Shown here: positions 31,428-41,448 of the stretch, in pieces
Numbering within the stretch: the first letter of the stretch is position 1
Layout: each line of letters begins with the position of its first letter
NCBI GenBank assembly: GCA_038125265.1
Contig: JAYPDM010000007.1
Coordinates: 1 to 53,593, forward strand
Length of the DNA: 53,593 nt
From: Gammaproteobacteria bacterium
GTDB taxonomy: Bacteria > Pseudomonadota > Gammaproteobacteria > Steroidobacterales > Rariloculaceae
Reading direction: 5' to 3'
Translations under genes and position numbers: made by a program
Notes under the pieces: model-generated
Seen by the model: only the letters and a program-made list of their open reading frames with translations
Told to the model about the DNA's origin: nothing
The model's database searches: none

Positions 31428-31901
31428 ATGAAAAAAGAGAGCATTATTCAAATTAAATTAAATTTCTTGCAATCGCTTTTTTTTGGAAGTGTTCTTGCAA
31501 TGATTGCTTTAGTTACATACAACAGTATTCGATTTGTTCAGCCTGAAACCCTCCAAACGAATGAATCTGAATCCACAGCAGACTTAGACTTTAATTTCTC
31601 TTTCTATGATTCTTTGTCAGCAGTAGATGTTGTTGCTGAATCACAATTGTCGGCAAGCGTTGATACAGATACAGAAAATTTATTAGCAATTCAAGTGGGC
31701 GCCTTCCAGCAAAGGGTTGATGCGGAGGCTATGCTTCAAAGACTACAAAATTTTAACCTCACAGGTCAGATTCAAGTTTCTGAATTAGCTGGAAGAAATA
31801 TCCATCGGGTAAGAATTGGTCCTTTTTCTGAAGAAGAGGCAATAGAATACAAAGAAATTCTTGATAGTATTGGTATTTATTCCATTACCGTTGATCTATA
31901 A
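31428..31901 (+). CDS. SPOR-domain (peptidoglycan-binding) membrane protein
   Basis: N-terminal TM segment. The C-terminal ~75 aa (LAIQVGAFQQRVDAEAML...HRVRIGPFSEEEAIEY) fits the SPOR repeat pattern. The position after argS is conserved in gammaproteobacteria. Confidence 0.6.
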   Translation: MKKESIIQIKLNFLQSLFFGSVLAMIALVTYNSIRFVQPETLQTNESESTADLDFNFSFYDSLSAVDVVAESQLSASVDTDTENLLAIQVGAFQQRVDAEAMLQRLQNFNLTGQIQVSELAGRNIHRVRIGPFSEEEAIEYKEILDSIGIYSITVDL

Positions 31902-31903
31902 CA

Positions 31904-33097
31904 CTATTGAATATTTAGTTTTTTGAGCTTCCGATAAAGGTAAGTTCTCTCAACGTCTATCCTTCCTGCCAGTCGACTTATTATCTCATTTGAGTTTTTG
32001 AGATGATGCTTAAAGTACACGTATTCAAAGACCTCTTTTGCTTTTTTATAGTTTAGGCCAAGAATATCGTTTGTAAGCGAAAGTGCATCGGATAATAGTT
32101 CGCTTTGTGAAAGTCCTAAAACTAATTCATTGGTACTATTGAAATTTTTTACAACAAAATTTAGCTCTAGGTATTCAAAAGGCCATGAATAAGATTCTAG
32201 TAAGGCTATCTGCTCATTTGTTAAATGTGGCTCAATATTAAACTGGGATTTAAATAAATGAATAAAATTTTTTAAAATATCTTCGCGTACCTCAGATAGT
32301 TTTGGAATTTCAATAAAATTGAAATTTTGCTTAGAAAAATTTATCTGAAATTGATCGATACTAATTGATTTTGAATAAACAATAGCTTTTGATCCTGACG
32401 GTAAGGATCGATCAAAAAAGTTTTTAACCTTTTTAAGATTATATTTAATGTCATAATTTTCCAAATTAATAAGCACGATATCTGCACCTTTTAGTTCACT
32501 ACCAAAGGGGTCAGCTAAAATTTTATTCTTACCTGATTCTTGAAGTTGATGCGTAAGATATTGATCAAAACTATCCCACTCATAAAAAAAACTACCCGAT
32601 ATAAAATAATGATCAGCATCATTAATTAAAGATTTAACTTTTTCTTGAAATCTAATTGCAGAACTTGAATTACCTTGGAGACTAATTGGAATTTTATTTT
32701 CATAGAGTTTACTGGCATTTATATCGGCATCTTTTTTTTCTGAGGTGTAATACCTGATGGTCTCTACCAGGTGATTTAAAGATATAGGTTTTTCGAGGAA
32801 GGCTTTTGCTCCGAACTTAGTTGCCTGGATTGCAGTATCAACAGTACCGTGCCCGGACATCATGATAAAGTTTGTCTCTTGCTTCTGATTAATAAACTCT
32901 CGGAGCAATGAGATACCATCGACATCTGGCATCCAAACATCTAAAAGCACAAGCCCATAGATATTTTTATTAAACGCATCTCTGGCTTTCTCTCCATTAT
33001 TTGCAATATCAACTTGAAAGCCCTCATCCTCCAGTATCTCTTTGATTAAGAGGCATATATTAGGCTCATCATCAACAACTAATATTTTATTTTTCAT
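31904..33097 (-). CDS. NtrX/NtrC-like response regulator with degenerate AAA+ module
   Basis: Receiver domain (VVDDEP...[11 protein letters not shown]...LEKP) and a C-terminal Fis-type HTH ([24 protein letters not shown]). The central region aligns to sigma-54 activators, but Walker A reads [10 protein letters not shown] and no GAFTGA is present. Confidence 0.7.
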   Translation of the reverse strand: MKNKILVVDDEPNICLLIKEILEDEGFQVDIANNGEKARDAFNKNIYGLVLLDVWMPDVDGISLLREFINQKQETNFIMMSGHGTVDTAIQATKFGAKAFLEKPISLNHLVETIRYYTSEKKDADINASKLYENKIPISLQGNSSSAIRFQEKVKSLINDADHYFISGSFFYEWDSFDQYLTHQLQESGKNKILADPFGSELKGADIVLINLENYDIKYNLKKVKNFFDRSLPSGSKAIVYSKSISIDQFQINFSKQNFNFIEIPKLSEVREDILKNFIHLFKSQFNIEPHLTNEQIALLESYSWPFEYLELNFVVKNFNSTNELVLGLSQSELLSDALSLTNDILGLNYKKAKEVFEYVYFKHHLKNSNEIISRLAGRIDVERTYLYRKLKKLNIQ

Positions 33098-35243
33098 TAC
33101 TAACTCTTAATGGAAATTTAAGTGTCACGGTAGCCCCTGCTATCTCGTTATTGAAAAGCTCAATCGTTCCATTTTGCTCCTCGATAAGCTTTTTCGCAAT
33201 CGCTAATCCTAAGCCAGTACCTTTAGATTTAGTACTGATATAGGGTTTGAATGCATCTCTAAGCATTTCATCAGAAAATCCAGTTCCATTGTCCGTAATT
33301 TCAATTTGTAATTTTTTATTCTTAGAAATTAATGCATTGATTTCAACTCTTTCTTTGCCTTTAATCACTGAGGCTTCAAAAGCATTTTTGATTACATTTA
33401 ATAAAATTTGTCTGAATCTTCCTTTATCCGTCTCAATAGAATCTACAGTGTCAGCTACATTGAGAATTAATTGTCCCTTTTCTGTACGATGAAGATGCAA
33501 ATTAATAATCTCTTCGAGCAACTCTTTAACATGAACGTGCTCAAGCTTTAAACTTGGCCCCCTGGCATATTCACCAAAATCATCGACCATCCTTCTTAAG
33601 TTATCAACTTCATTTATAATCGTTGTCGTACTCTTCTCTAAAGTTTCGCGAGAAATCACCTCATTGCTCTTAAGTCTTTTTTGAATCATTTCTGCAGAGA
33701 GCTTAATGGGAGTCAAGGGGTTTTTTATTTCATGTGTCAGTCTCCGTGCTACCTCTCCCCATGCTGCTTCATGTTGAGCCTGCACAAGTTCTGTTGCGTT
33801 ATCGATAACAACAATAAAACCACTAATAGATTCGTAACGGAAGGTTGATGCGGACAAATTAAATACATACGTATTAGATTTTTCTTGTATTTCAATTTGA
33901 TCTTTCCATTCATAAAGCTGAAGTTGAAATTTATTTTTGATAAGTTGAAATACTGATTGTGCAATGTGCGATTGGCATTTAACCTCATTAAGGTGTAACC
34001 CATTAAAGCTCGATTCTTTTTCTTTTAAAATTTCAAAAATCATTTCGTTCGTGATGATCACTTCTCCATCGTCCTTAATTGCGATGACACCACTTGATAA
34101 ATTAGCAAGTATGCTTGCAAGCTTATTCTGTTCATCAATTAAGCTACGCTGAGTAATTTTTTGAAGATCATCAGTTTGTTTTAAATTTTTACTCATAAGG
34201 TTAAATGATTGAATGAGCTGCCCAAATTCATCTTGCCTTTCGTATTCAAGCTCTATATCAAGATTCCCCCTTGATATTCCATCAGTGCCTAAAAGTAAAG
34301 TTTGAATTGGCTGAACAAACCTCCTTGTTAGAACGATTGCACCATAAAGAGCAGTAAAGAAAGTAATAACAAGAATGATGCTTAAAAAGAGTGTGAAGCT
34401 AAATTTAATATTAGGGATTTGAAAAGTTAGTTCACGATACTGGTTAATACTGCTTTGAACTTGGTTAGCAAGAAAACTTAAATCATCATTGACCCTGAAT
34501 CTTCCAAAGAGAACATTCTCTTGGGTAAAGTTTTGGTTAGTAACGAGTGGCATACCTACTAATACTTCATAGCTTCCATTATCTAGTGACTGAAGTTCAA
34601 GGTAGCGATTATTCTGATCAAAGTTAATGTTAATGTTAGTAGTTGGCGATAGTTGGAGGTTCATTACATCCTCAGTTGCAATGCTAATTATTTGATTATT
34701 CGCATTGAGTATCATTGCCTCTATAGCATCCGTTTGCAGTATGAAATCATTCAATATACCCAATTGATCAACGGTATTGGCTCTTCGCAAGGCCTCAGCA
34801 AGTGTTTCTATTTCACCAAGGTATTGCCTTGCCTCTATATCTATCGCCTCTTGGGTAAGCTCAACAGCCTGTACTAATCCAGAATCAAGACCTAGATTGA
34901 GCCAATTATCGATACCACTATTAATATAACGAAGTGAAAAAATAAAAATGATCAAAGAGGGTATGACCAAAAGACCGCCATAAGCTATGAGAATGCGGAG
35001 ACTGATTCTTGATCCAGGAATTTTATTTCTATAATCCCTTATAAAAGCAAAAGCATTGCCAGCCAATACTACCGTTAGAACTAAAAAACCGATAAAACTT
35101 ATAACTGCTATTAATTCTTGGTAAAAAGTAAAGTCGCTACTATCTTGATCAATAGCAGAAAAAATAAAGATTAAAACTATCCATAAAAGAATAAATACTA
35201 ATAAAGCAAAAAGTATTGCCTTAGTTCTTAATTTACCTGCCAT
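33087..35243 (-). CDS. NtrY-like sensor histidine kinase (TM-HAMP-PAS-HisKA-HATPase)
   Basis: 718 aa with N-terminal TM helices, a HAMP-like segment, H-box [11 protein letters not shown]1 box DNGTGF and G2 GTGLGLAI. It overlaps the partner regulator by 11 nt. Confidence 0.7.
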   Translation of the reverse strand: MAGKLRTKAILFALLVFILLWIVLIFIFSAIDQDSSDFTFYQELIAVISFIGFLVLTVVLAGNAFAFIRDYRNKIPGSRISLRILIAYGGLLVIPSLIIFIFSLRYINSGIDNWLNLGLDSGLVQAVELTQEAIDIEARQYLGEIETLAEALRRANTVDQLGILNDFILQTDAIEAMILNANNQIISIATEDVMNLQLSPTTNININFDQNNRYLELQSLDNGSYEVLVGMPLVTNQNFTQENVLFGRFRVNDDLSFLANQVQSSINQYRELTFQIPNIKFSFTLFLSIILVITFFTALYGAIVLTRRFVQPIQTLLLGTDGISRGNLDIELEYERQDEFGQLIQSFNLMSKNLKQTDDLQKITQRSLIDEQNKLASILANLSSGVIAIKDDGEVIITNEMIFEILKEKESSFNGLHLNEVKCQSHIAQSVFQLIKNKFQLQLYEWKDQIEIQEKSNTYVFNLSASTFRYESISGFIVVIDNATELVQAQHEAAWGEVARRLTHEIKNPLTPIKLSAEMIQKRLKSNEVISRETLEKSTTTIINEVDNLRRMVDDFGEYARGPSLKLEHVHVKELLEEIINLHLHRTEKGQLILNVADTVDSIETDKGRFRQILLNVIKNAFEASVIKGKERVEINALISKNKKLQIEITDNGTGFSDEMLRDAFKPYISTKSKGTGLGLAIAKKLIEEQNGTIELFNNEIAGATVTLKFPLRVSNEK

Positions 35244-35779
35244 TCAAACCAGTCACTCTCAATATTCTCATCCCTTCTAAGAATATTGATGATACGATCG
35301 AATCTTGAATCTGAATCAATTACCATTCCAGACCTTAACTCTATAAAATGATTGGTAGACTGATCTATGAGCGAAGCATCAATTATCGGCAGCCTTGAAA
35401 TTCTTCCAAGAAAATTTAATGCTGACTCCAATGATGCAAAGGTTGAAACTTCAGTAGAGTTCAAATTTATTATGGTAAACCTTTCTGTAATTTCGTTATA
35501 AGCTAAATCATATTCTTGTCTGAGCGTAGCAATGCTCTCGTTAAACCAAAACCTTCTGTATCGATTCATCTCAATATCGACATAAAAAGATAAATTTATC
35601 CCTGAATAAATTGCATCAATAGCTCGATCTGGTAGATTCAGATCAATGTTTGCATCTAATATGAGCACCCCATCATTCAATTCAGTATTGACTGATTGAA
35701 TACTAAAGCTCCCTTGTTCCTGTGAATATGAAACCGAAGAAAAGAGAAAAAGGATTATGTATACAAATTTTTGCTTCAT
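35228..35779 (-). CDS. secreted protein, probable DUF4390 family
   Basis: 183 aa with a signal peptide ([20 protein letters not shown]). The family call rests on the conserved position between rsmB and the NtrY-like kinase, not on a motif I can verify. Confidence 0.45.
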   Translation of the reverse strand: MKQKFVYIILFLFSSVSYSQEQGSFSIQSVNTELNDGVLILDANIDLNLPDRAIDAIYSGINLSFYVDIEMNRYRRFWFNESIATLRQEYDLAYNEITERFTIINLNSTEVSTFASLESALNFLGRISRLPIIDASLIDQSTNHFIELRSGMVIDSDSRFDRIINILRRDENIESDWFEWQVN

Positions 35780-37107
35780 AATTTTTTTAATTTAGCATAA
35801 TAAAGCCCATTCATCCCATTCTCACCAGGCAATATTAAGCGTTTGCTGATGATCTTGATATTTTCAAATTCTTCTTTAATCTTGCTGATTACCTCATTTG
35901 TTTCTTCATCAGAATAAGTGCATACAGAATAAAGCAACTCTCCACCCCTCTTTAATAAAGGCCAAGCACTTTTAATCAAAGCAATCTGTGTAACCTGATA
36001 AGAATTAAAATCATCTCGTCTTCTATGATGCTTAATTTCTGGATGTCTTCTAATGACCCCTAATGAACTACACGGAGCATCAATGAGCACTTTATTAAAG
36101 CTTTCACTTGGAAAGGAATTCTCAATCTTTTGACCATCCATATTTAAAAATGTTCCAACTACACCGAGTCTTTCCATATTTTTTAACATGTATTCATAGC
36201 GAACTTCATCCTTTTCAATAGATGTGATTTTAGCTTGAGGCGCTAACTCATAAATATATCCAAGCTTTCCTCCTGGAGCTGAACAAATATCTAAAATAGT
36301 CTCGCCGTTTTTTGGATTTAATTCTTGGACAACTATTTGACTTGAAAAATCTTGAACTGAAACCAAGCCTGTTTCATAGCCGGGGAGATTCCTGTACGGC
36401 TTAGGGGGATCGATAATGACCCCAAATGGCATCTCCTTGGATTCAATATAAGAAATATTTTTACTACTCAAAACCTTTTTGTATTCTTGATTGGTAATGA
36501 GCCTAGAGTTAATACGAGCCATCATGGGGGCTTGTACATTATTTTTTGTAAGAATATTTTGCCAATCATTAGGAAATTGCTTTTTAAAATATTTAATCAT
36601 CCATTCAGGATGTGCATAATTTGCCTCATCCTTCGAATGAAGTTGGAATAGAAACTTATCCCTTTCTCTTAGAAATGACCTTAAGCAAGCATTAATAATG
36701 GATTTAGCCTTCCCAATGCCTAATGCAAATGTTGCATTGTTTGCGTTATTGACAACCGCATATTCTGGTTTATTGCTAAAAAGGATCTGAAAAAGACCTA
36801 ATTCAAGCAGAAGAATAAGATTTTTTTGCCAAGAATTTATATTTTTCTTCGCCAAGAGATTGATTAAATAAATCAACTGATGATGCCATCTGAGCATACC
36901 GTATAATAAAAAATTAAACTCAGCACTATCTTTCCTTTCAGGATTATAGATAAACTCAGACGCACTTTTACCTTCTAAAATAGAATCAAATGCTCTGATG
37001 ACATCAATGATTAATTCGCTATTAGCTGAGCTTTTGCTATCCAAAACGTGAAATGTTTTTACCTGAATTAAATAAATCTTTGTGAGTAATGACTTTTCCT
37101 CCGTCAA
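35776..37107 (-). CDS. rsmB: 16S rRNA (cytosine967-C5)-methyltransferase
   Basis: SAM loop DICSAPGGK and catalytic Cys blocks DAPCSSLGVIRRHPE and YSVCTYS. The ORF-track start is TTG 37107. An in-frame TTG at 37044 (TTGGATAG, overlapping the fmt stop) would give a 422-aa protein and is at least as likely. Confidence 0.85.
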   Translation of the reverse strand: MTEEKSLLTKIYLIQVKTFHVLDSKSSANSELIIDVIRAFDSILEGKSASEFIYNPERKDSAEFNFLLYGMLRWHHQLIYLINLLAKKNINSWQKNLILLLELGLFQILFSNKPEYAVVNNANNATFALGIGKAKSIINACLRSFLRERDKFLFQLHSKDEANYAHPEWMIKYFKKQFPNDWQNILTKNNVQAPMMARINSRLITNQEYKKVLSSKNISYIESKEMPFGVIIDPPKPYRNLPGYETGLVSVQDFSSQIVVQELNPKNGETILDICSAPGGKLGYIYELAPQAKITSIEKDEVRYEYMLKNMERLGVVGTFLNMDGQKIENSFPSESFNKVLIDAPCSSLGVIRRHPEIKHHRRRDDFNSYQVTQIALIKSAWPLLKRGGELLYSVCTYSDEETNEVISKIKEEFENIKIISKRLILPGENGMNGLYYAKLKKL

Positions 37108-37975
37108 GCTGTACCTTGACTAATTTGAGTGCATTTTTCTTACAGGCAACTACTAAATGTTTTTTATTGAATTCGATGACCTGGCCTGGGAGAAAGTGAT
37201 GGTCCTCTTCAATCACCTCTGCCTCTATGATTCTAATTCTTGAATCAGTATTTATAAAAGAATAGGCCATGGGCCAAGGATTATAGGCCCTTATCAAATT
37301 AAATATAGATAATGCAGAGTTGTTCCAATCAATAAGACCGTCCGTTTTTTTTATTTTTTGGCAATACGTTGCCTCCCCATGGTTTTGTGGCACACCGCTT
37401 AAATCTATTGTTGCGTCATTAAATAAATCTTTAAAATATACTTTAGCCTCTTCTTCCATGAGGAGAGAAAGCTCTTCCGTATTTTTAATTCCTTCTGTAG
37501 AAAGTTTCGACTGATAAATTATATTCCCCTCATCTAATTTTTTACTGACTCTCATGATTGTAATGCCTGTTTCTTTGTCACCGCTCTTAAGCGCACTCTG
37601 TATAGGGGAAGCCCCCCTCCATCTTGGCAAAAGGGAGGTATGAATATTAATGGCTCCAAGAACTGGCCATTCAATTAACCATTCTGGTATTAAGAGGCCA
37701 TAGGCAACTACAATCATCAAGTCTGGCCTTTGCATACTTAAAATTTCATCATGTGCCCTATCATCAAGGGCGATGGGAGAAAAACAATTTATATGCTGGC
37801 TTAATGCAAAATCTTTTACAGCCGTTGGGGCTAAGGCTTTACCCCTGCCTGAGGGTCGGTCAGGTTGCGTTAGGACATTAAGAGTCTTAATGGGATATTG
37901 AAGAAGGTCCGCTAAAATATTTTTTGAAAAAACGGAGCTCCCAGCAAATAAGATATGCTCAATTCGATTATTTAT
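37037..37975 (-). CDS. fmt: methionyl-tRNA formyltransferase (start codon non-canonical/uncertain)
   Basis: HTSLLPRWRGASPIQ motif in the listed ORF. The upstream in-frame extension encodes the conserved N-terminus (ILFAGSS...TQPDRPSGRG). No ATG/GTG/TTG is available; ATA 37975 or ATT 37963 are the only candidates (see finding). Confidence 0.8.
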   Translation of the reverse strand: MNNRIEHILFAGSSVFSKNILADLLQYPIKTLNVLTQPDRPSGRGKALAPTAVKDFALSQHINCFSPIALDDRAHDEILSMQRPDLMIVVAYGLLIPEWLIEWPVLGAINIHTSLLPRWRGASPIQSALKSGDKETGITIMRVSKKLDEGNIIYQSKLSTEGIKNTEELSLLMEEEAKVYFKDLFNDATIDLSGVPQNHGEATYCQKIKKTDGLIDWNNSALSIFNLIRAYNPWPMAYSFINTDSRIRIIEAEVIEEDHHFLPGQVIEFNKKHLVVACKKNALKLVKVQLDGGKVITHKDLFNSGKNISRFG

Positions 37976-38514
37976 ATCGCTTTCCTTCCAGCCTGATCTT
38001 GAAAGTCTTCAGCATCTGGATTTTTAAGTCTTTTCTCTAGTAGCTTTTTAAATTTGTTCCTTTTAAGCGTTGAAAGATAATCTACAAAAAGCTTTCCAAT
38101 CAAATGATCCATCTCATGCTGTATACAAATGGCCAATAATCCACCAGCTTCCATCTCGTGCTCTGATCCATCCAAGCTCTGATAGTTCACAGTTATCTTC
38201 TCGGCACGTTCAACTTTTTCAAAAAAGTTTGGCACCGATAAGCAGCCCTCCTCATAGCTCGTCTTGCCCTCTGACTTAATGATTTTAGGGTTAATCAGGC
38301 ATATCGGATCATTTTTTTCATCTGAGATGTCAATCACGATAACGCGATAATGATGATCAACCTGAGAGGCTGCAAGACCGATACCCTTAGCCTGATACAT
38401 GGTCTCAAACATCAATGCGACAAATTTTTTCAGGTCCTCATCAAACGTGGTTACCTCTTCAGCAATCGTTCTAAGCCTAGGGTCTGGGTACTCAAGTATA
38501 GTAAGCAATGTCAT
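37972..38514 (-). CDS. def: peptide deformylase
   Basis: The three Def motifs are present: GIGLAASQV, EGCLS, HEMDH. Confidence 0.95.
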   Translation of the reverse strand: MTLLTILEYPDPRLRTIAEEVTTFDEDLKKFVALMFETMYQAKGIGLAASQVDHHYRVIVIDISDEKNDPICLINPKIIKSEGKTSYEEGCLSVPNFFEKVERAEKITVNYQSLDGSEHEMEAGGLLAICIQHEMDHLIGKLFVDYLSTLKRNKFKKLLEKRLKNPDAEDFQDQAGRKAI

Positions 38515-38657
38515 ATTAAGGTGATGATTTTAAACTAAAAATATAAATAATGTAGTCCTCTCATTCTACTAAAATAAATTTAAAAAATATTTCTATTGGG
38601 TTGACTCTGATGTTTTTTTAATTCATTCTCCCTATCCTAATTACCAAATTTGCGCTC

Positions 38658-39125
38658 ATGTCTGAAAAAATTTTAAAAGCAATTTGTCTTATGGTCGATG
38701 AGAACGATCTCACTGAAATCGAGCTAACTCGTGAATCTTTAGAGCTTAAGCTTGTCAGGCAGGGCTTCTCATCGGACAGTATTTCCTATGTACTTGACTG
38801 GATTGCTAACCTAAATCAAGACGTACCAAAATCACCCGCAGCACTCGCTGGTAAAGATTCCTTTCGAACATTTACTGATGAGGAATTAGATCTTATCGAT
38901 CCAGAATTTCTTAATTACATTATGAAAATTGAATCCATGAAACTTATAAATCAAGACGAAAGAGAGTTAATTTTAGATAAACTAAAGCTCATTGATAATG
39001 AGGATCTTTCTGAGGATTCAATGAGGTTTCTTATTGCAATGATACTATTTGGTACAAAAAATCATAATAATGACTTTTTATTTACTCATGCGCATGAGCC
39101 TGAAATTCTAAAAACCCTAAACTAA
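38658..39125 (+). CDS. smg: Smg (DUF494) protein
   Basis: 155 aa. It aligns by eye to E. coli Smg along its length and sits in the conserved position opposite def and upstream of topA/tsaC/aroE. Confidence 0.75.
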   Translation: MSEKILKAICLMVDENDLTEIELTRESLELKLVRQGFSSDSISYVLDWIANLNQDVPKSPAALAGKDSFRTFTDEELDLIDPEFLNYIMKIESMKLINQDERELILDKLKLIDNEDLSEDSMRFLIAMILFGTKNHNNDFLFTHAHEPEILKTLN

Positions 39126-39129
39126 GACT

Positions 39130-41448
39130 ATGAATAAACTTGTAATAGTAGAATCACCAGCAAAAGCCAAGACAATTGAAAAATACCTTGGTGGTGACTT
39201 TAAGGTTATGGCCTCTTACGGGCATATCAGAGACCTAGTGCCTAAAACTGGTGCGGTGAAACCTGAAGAAGGATTCTCTATGAAATATGAGATTATCGAG
39301 AGAAATGAGAAGCATCTAAATTCGATCATCAAAGCACTGAGTAAGTCTGATGAGTTAATCTTAGCAACTGACCCTGATCGAGAGGGAGAGGCAATCAGTT
39401 GGCATCTGGCAGAGGAATTAAAAAATCGAGACTTACTGAAAGATATTGCCATAAAGCGAGTCGTTTTTTATGAAGTAACTAAAAAAGCTGTCAACCAATC
39501 TATGGCAAACCCAAGGGATATCTCAAGTGAGTTGGTCGATGCACAACAGGCAAGAAGAGCGCTTGACTATTTGGTAGGTTTTAACCTATCCCCCCTTTTG
39601 TGGAAAAAAGTTCATAGGGGCTTATCAGCCGGACGTGTGCAAAGTCCAGCACTAAGACTTATTGTTGAAAGAGAAAAAGAAATTGAGGCTTTTATCCCTC
39701 AAGAATATTGGGATATGGACTCAAAACTTTCAAAAGATAACATCGAATTCAAAGCGAGGTTAGTACGTTTTAATAATGAGAAACTTGAACAATTCAGTTT
39801 TGTAAATGAAGACTCTATTGAGGATGCAAAAACTCTCATCCTAGAAAAATCTAGGGAAAATCTTACCGTTTTTGATGTAAAGACCGGAACTCGAAGGCGG
39901 CAACCAACCGCCCCTTTTACAACCTCCACGCTGCAGCAAGCTGCATCAAGGAAGCTAGGATTCACGACTCGAAGAACCATGTCAGTTGCTCAAAAACTCT
40001 ACGAGGGCATCGATGTGGGCAATGGGACCGTGGGACTGATAACTTATATGAGAACAGATTCTGTTTCTTTATCGAATGATGCAATCGTACAAGCTAGAGA
40101 TATCGTTAAAGAAATCTTTGGAGATAACTACCTACCTCAGGCTATTCGTGAGTATGAAAATAAATCTAAAAATGCACAAGAAGCACATGAGGGAATTAGA
40201 CCTACCGATCTTTCACTGACACCAGACAAAATAAAAAAATACTTGAGTGAAGAGCAGTACAAACTTTATGAGCTTATATGGAATAAAACGGTTGCCTCGC
40301 AAATGAAAGAGGCGACCTATGAGACCCTAAGGTTAGAATTGGTACCTAGCACACTTAATGATGATCAAATTCTCTTCAGGGCGTCTGGATCTGTTCTTAT
40401 TGATCCTGGATTCATGGCGCTCTATGTTGATGATCAAAGAGATAACCCTGAAGATATGAACCTTCCAAAGCTCAATAAGGGAGATCTTATTAGCATTGAG
40501 GACTTAGTGTGTAATCAGCATTTTACTGAGCCGCCTCCCCGTTATTCAGAGGCATCACTGGTCAAAACCCTAGAGGAATTTGGAATCGGCAGGCCCTCAA
40601 CCTATGCATCAATCATTACTACACTTCTAAATCGAGAGTATGTTGAACTTGATGGTAGAAGATTTATGCCTACCGATACCGGTCGAGTAGTCAGTGACTT
40701 TTTAGGTGAACACTTTACCAAGTATGTTGATTATGACTTCACGGCGACACTCGAAGATGATCTGGATGCAATTTCTCGAGGTGAAAAAATATTAAATAAT
40801 GTGCTGCAGGAGTTTTGGGGGCCCTTTATACATCTCTTGCAAGAAAAAGAAGAGGGAGTTTCTAGAGATGAGGCGCTCCAAAGCAGGCTACTCGGTGATG
40901 ATCCTGAGTCAGGCAAGCCTGTCAGTGTTCGACTTGGAAGGTTCGGCCCCTATGTTCAAATAGGAACTCGAGAAGATGAGGAAAAGCCTAAATTTGCAGG
41001 ATTAAGGCCAGGTCAATCTATGAATAAGATTACCCTAGATGAAGCGCTGGCTCTTTTTAATCTGCCTAGATTGCTCGGTGAGAATAGTCAGGGCGAGGAG
41101 ATTATTGCAAACATCGGTCGCTTTGGCCCCTACGTAAAAATTGGGAATGAGTTTGTCTCAATCAGAGGCGAGGATCCCTTTGAGATAACTCTGGATCGTG
41201 CTCTTGAGATGATCCATGAAAAAAGAGAGGCCGATAAGAATAAAATAATTAAAGTATTTGATGATTCTGCTATACAAGTTCTCAATGGTCGTTACGGTCC
41301 CTATATCACTGATGGAAATAAAAATGCAAAGATCCCCAAAGATAGGGAGCCAGCTACCTTAACGCTTGAGGAGTGTATTCAGCTGATAGCGGAGGCTCCT
41401 GCTCGAAAGAAAAAAACGAAAAAAAAGAGAGCTAAAAAAACTACCTAG
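39130..41448 (+). CDS. topA: DNA topoisomerase I
   Basis: Toprim N-terminus (VIVESPAKAKTIEKYLG, DPDREGE) and active-site Tyr block GLITYMRTDS. The C-terminus has three GRFGPYV-type repeats and a Lys-rich tail. Confidence 0.95.
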   Translation: MNKLVIVESPAKAKTIEKYLGGDFKVMASYGHIRDLVPKTGAVKPEEGFSMKYEIIERNEKHLNSIIKALSKSDELILATDPDREGEAISWHLAEELKNRDLLKDIAIKRVVFYEVTKKAVNQSMANPRDISSELVDAQQARRALDYLVGFNLSPLLWKKVHRGLSAGRVQSPALRLIVEREKEIEAFIPQEYWDMDSKLSKDNIEFKARLVRFNNEKLEQFSFVNEDSIEDAKTLILEKSRENLTVFDVKTGTRRRQPTAPFTTSTLQQAASRKLGFTTRRTMSVAQKLYEGIDVGNGTVGLITYMRTDSVSLSNDAIVQARDIVKEIFGDNYLPQAIREYENKSKNAQEAHEGIRPTDLSLTPDKIKKYLSEEQYKLYELIWNKTVASQMKEATYETLRLELVPSTLNDDQILFRASGSVLIDPGFMALYVDDQRDNPEDMNLPKLNKGDLISIEDLVCNQHFTEPPPRYSEASLVKTLEEFGIGRPSTYASIITTLLNREYVELDGRRFMPTDTGRVVSDFLGEHFTKYVDYDFTATLEDDLDAISRGEKILNNVLQEFWGPFIHLLQEKEEGVSRDEALQSRLLGDDPESGKPVSVRLGRFGPYVQIGTREDEEKPKFAGLRPGQSMNKITLDEALALFNLPRLLGENSQGEEIIANIGRFGPYVKIGNEFVSIRGEDPFEITLDRALEMIHEKREADKNKIIKVFDDSAIQVLNGRYGPYITDGNKNAKIPKDREPATLTLEECIQLIAEAPARKKKTKKKRAKKTT

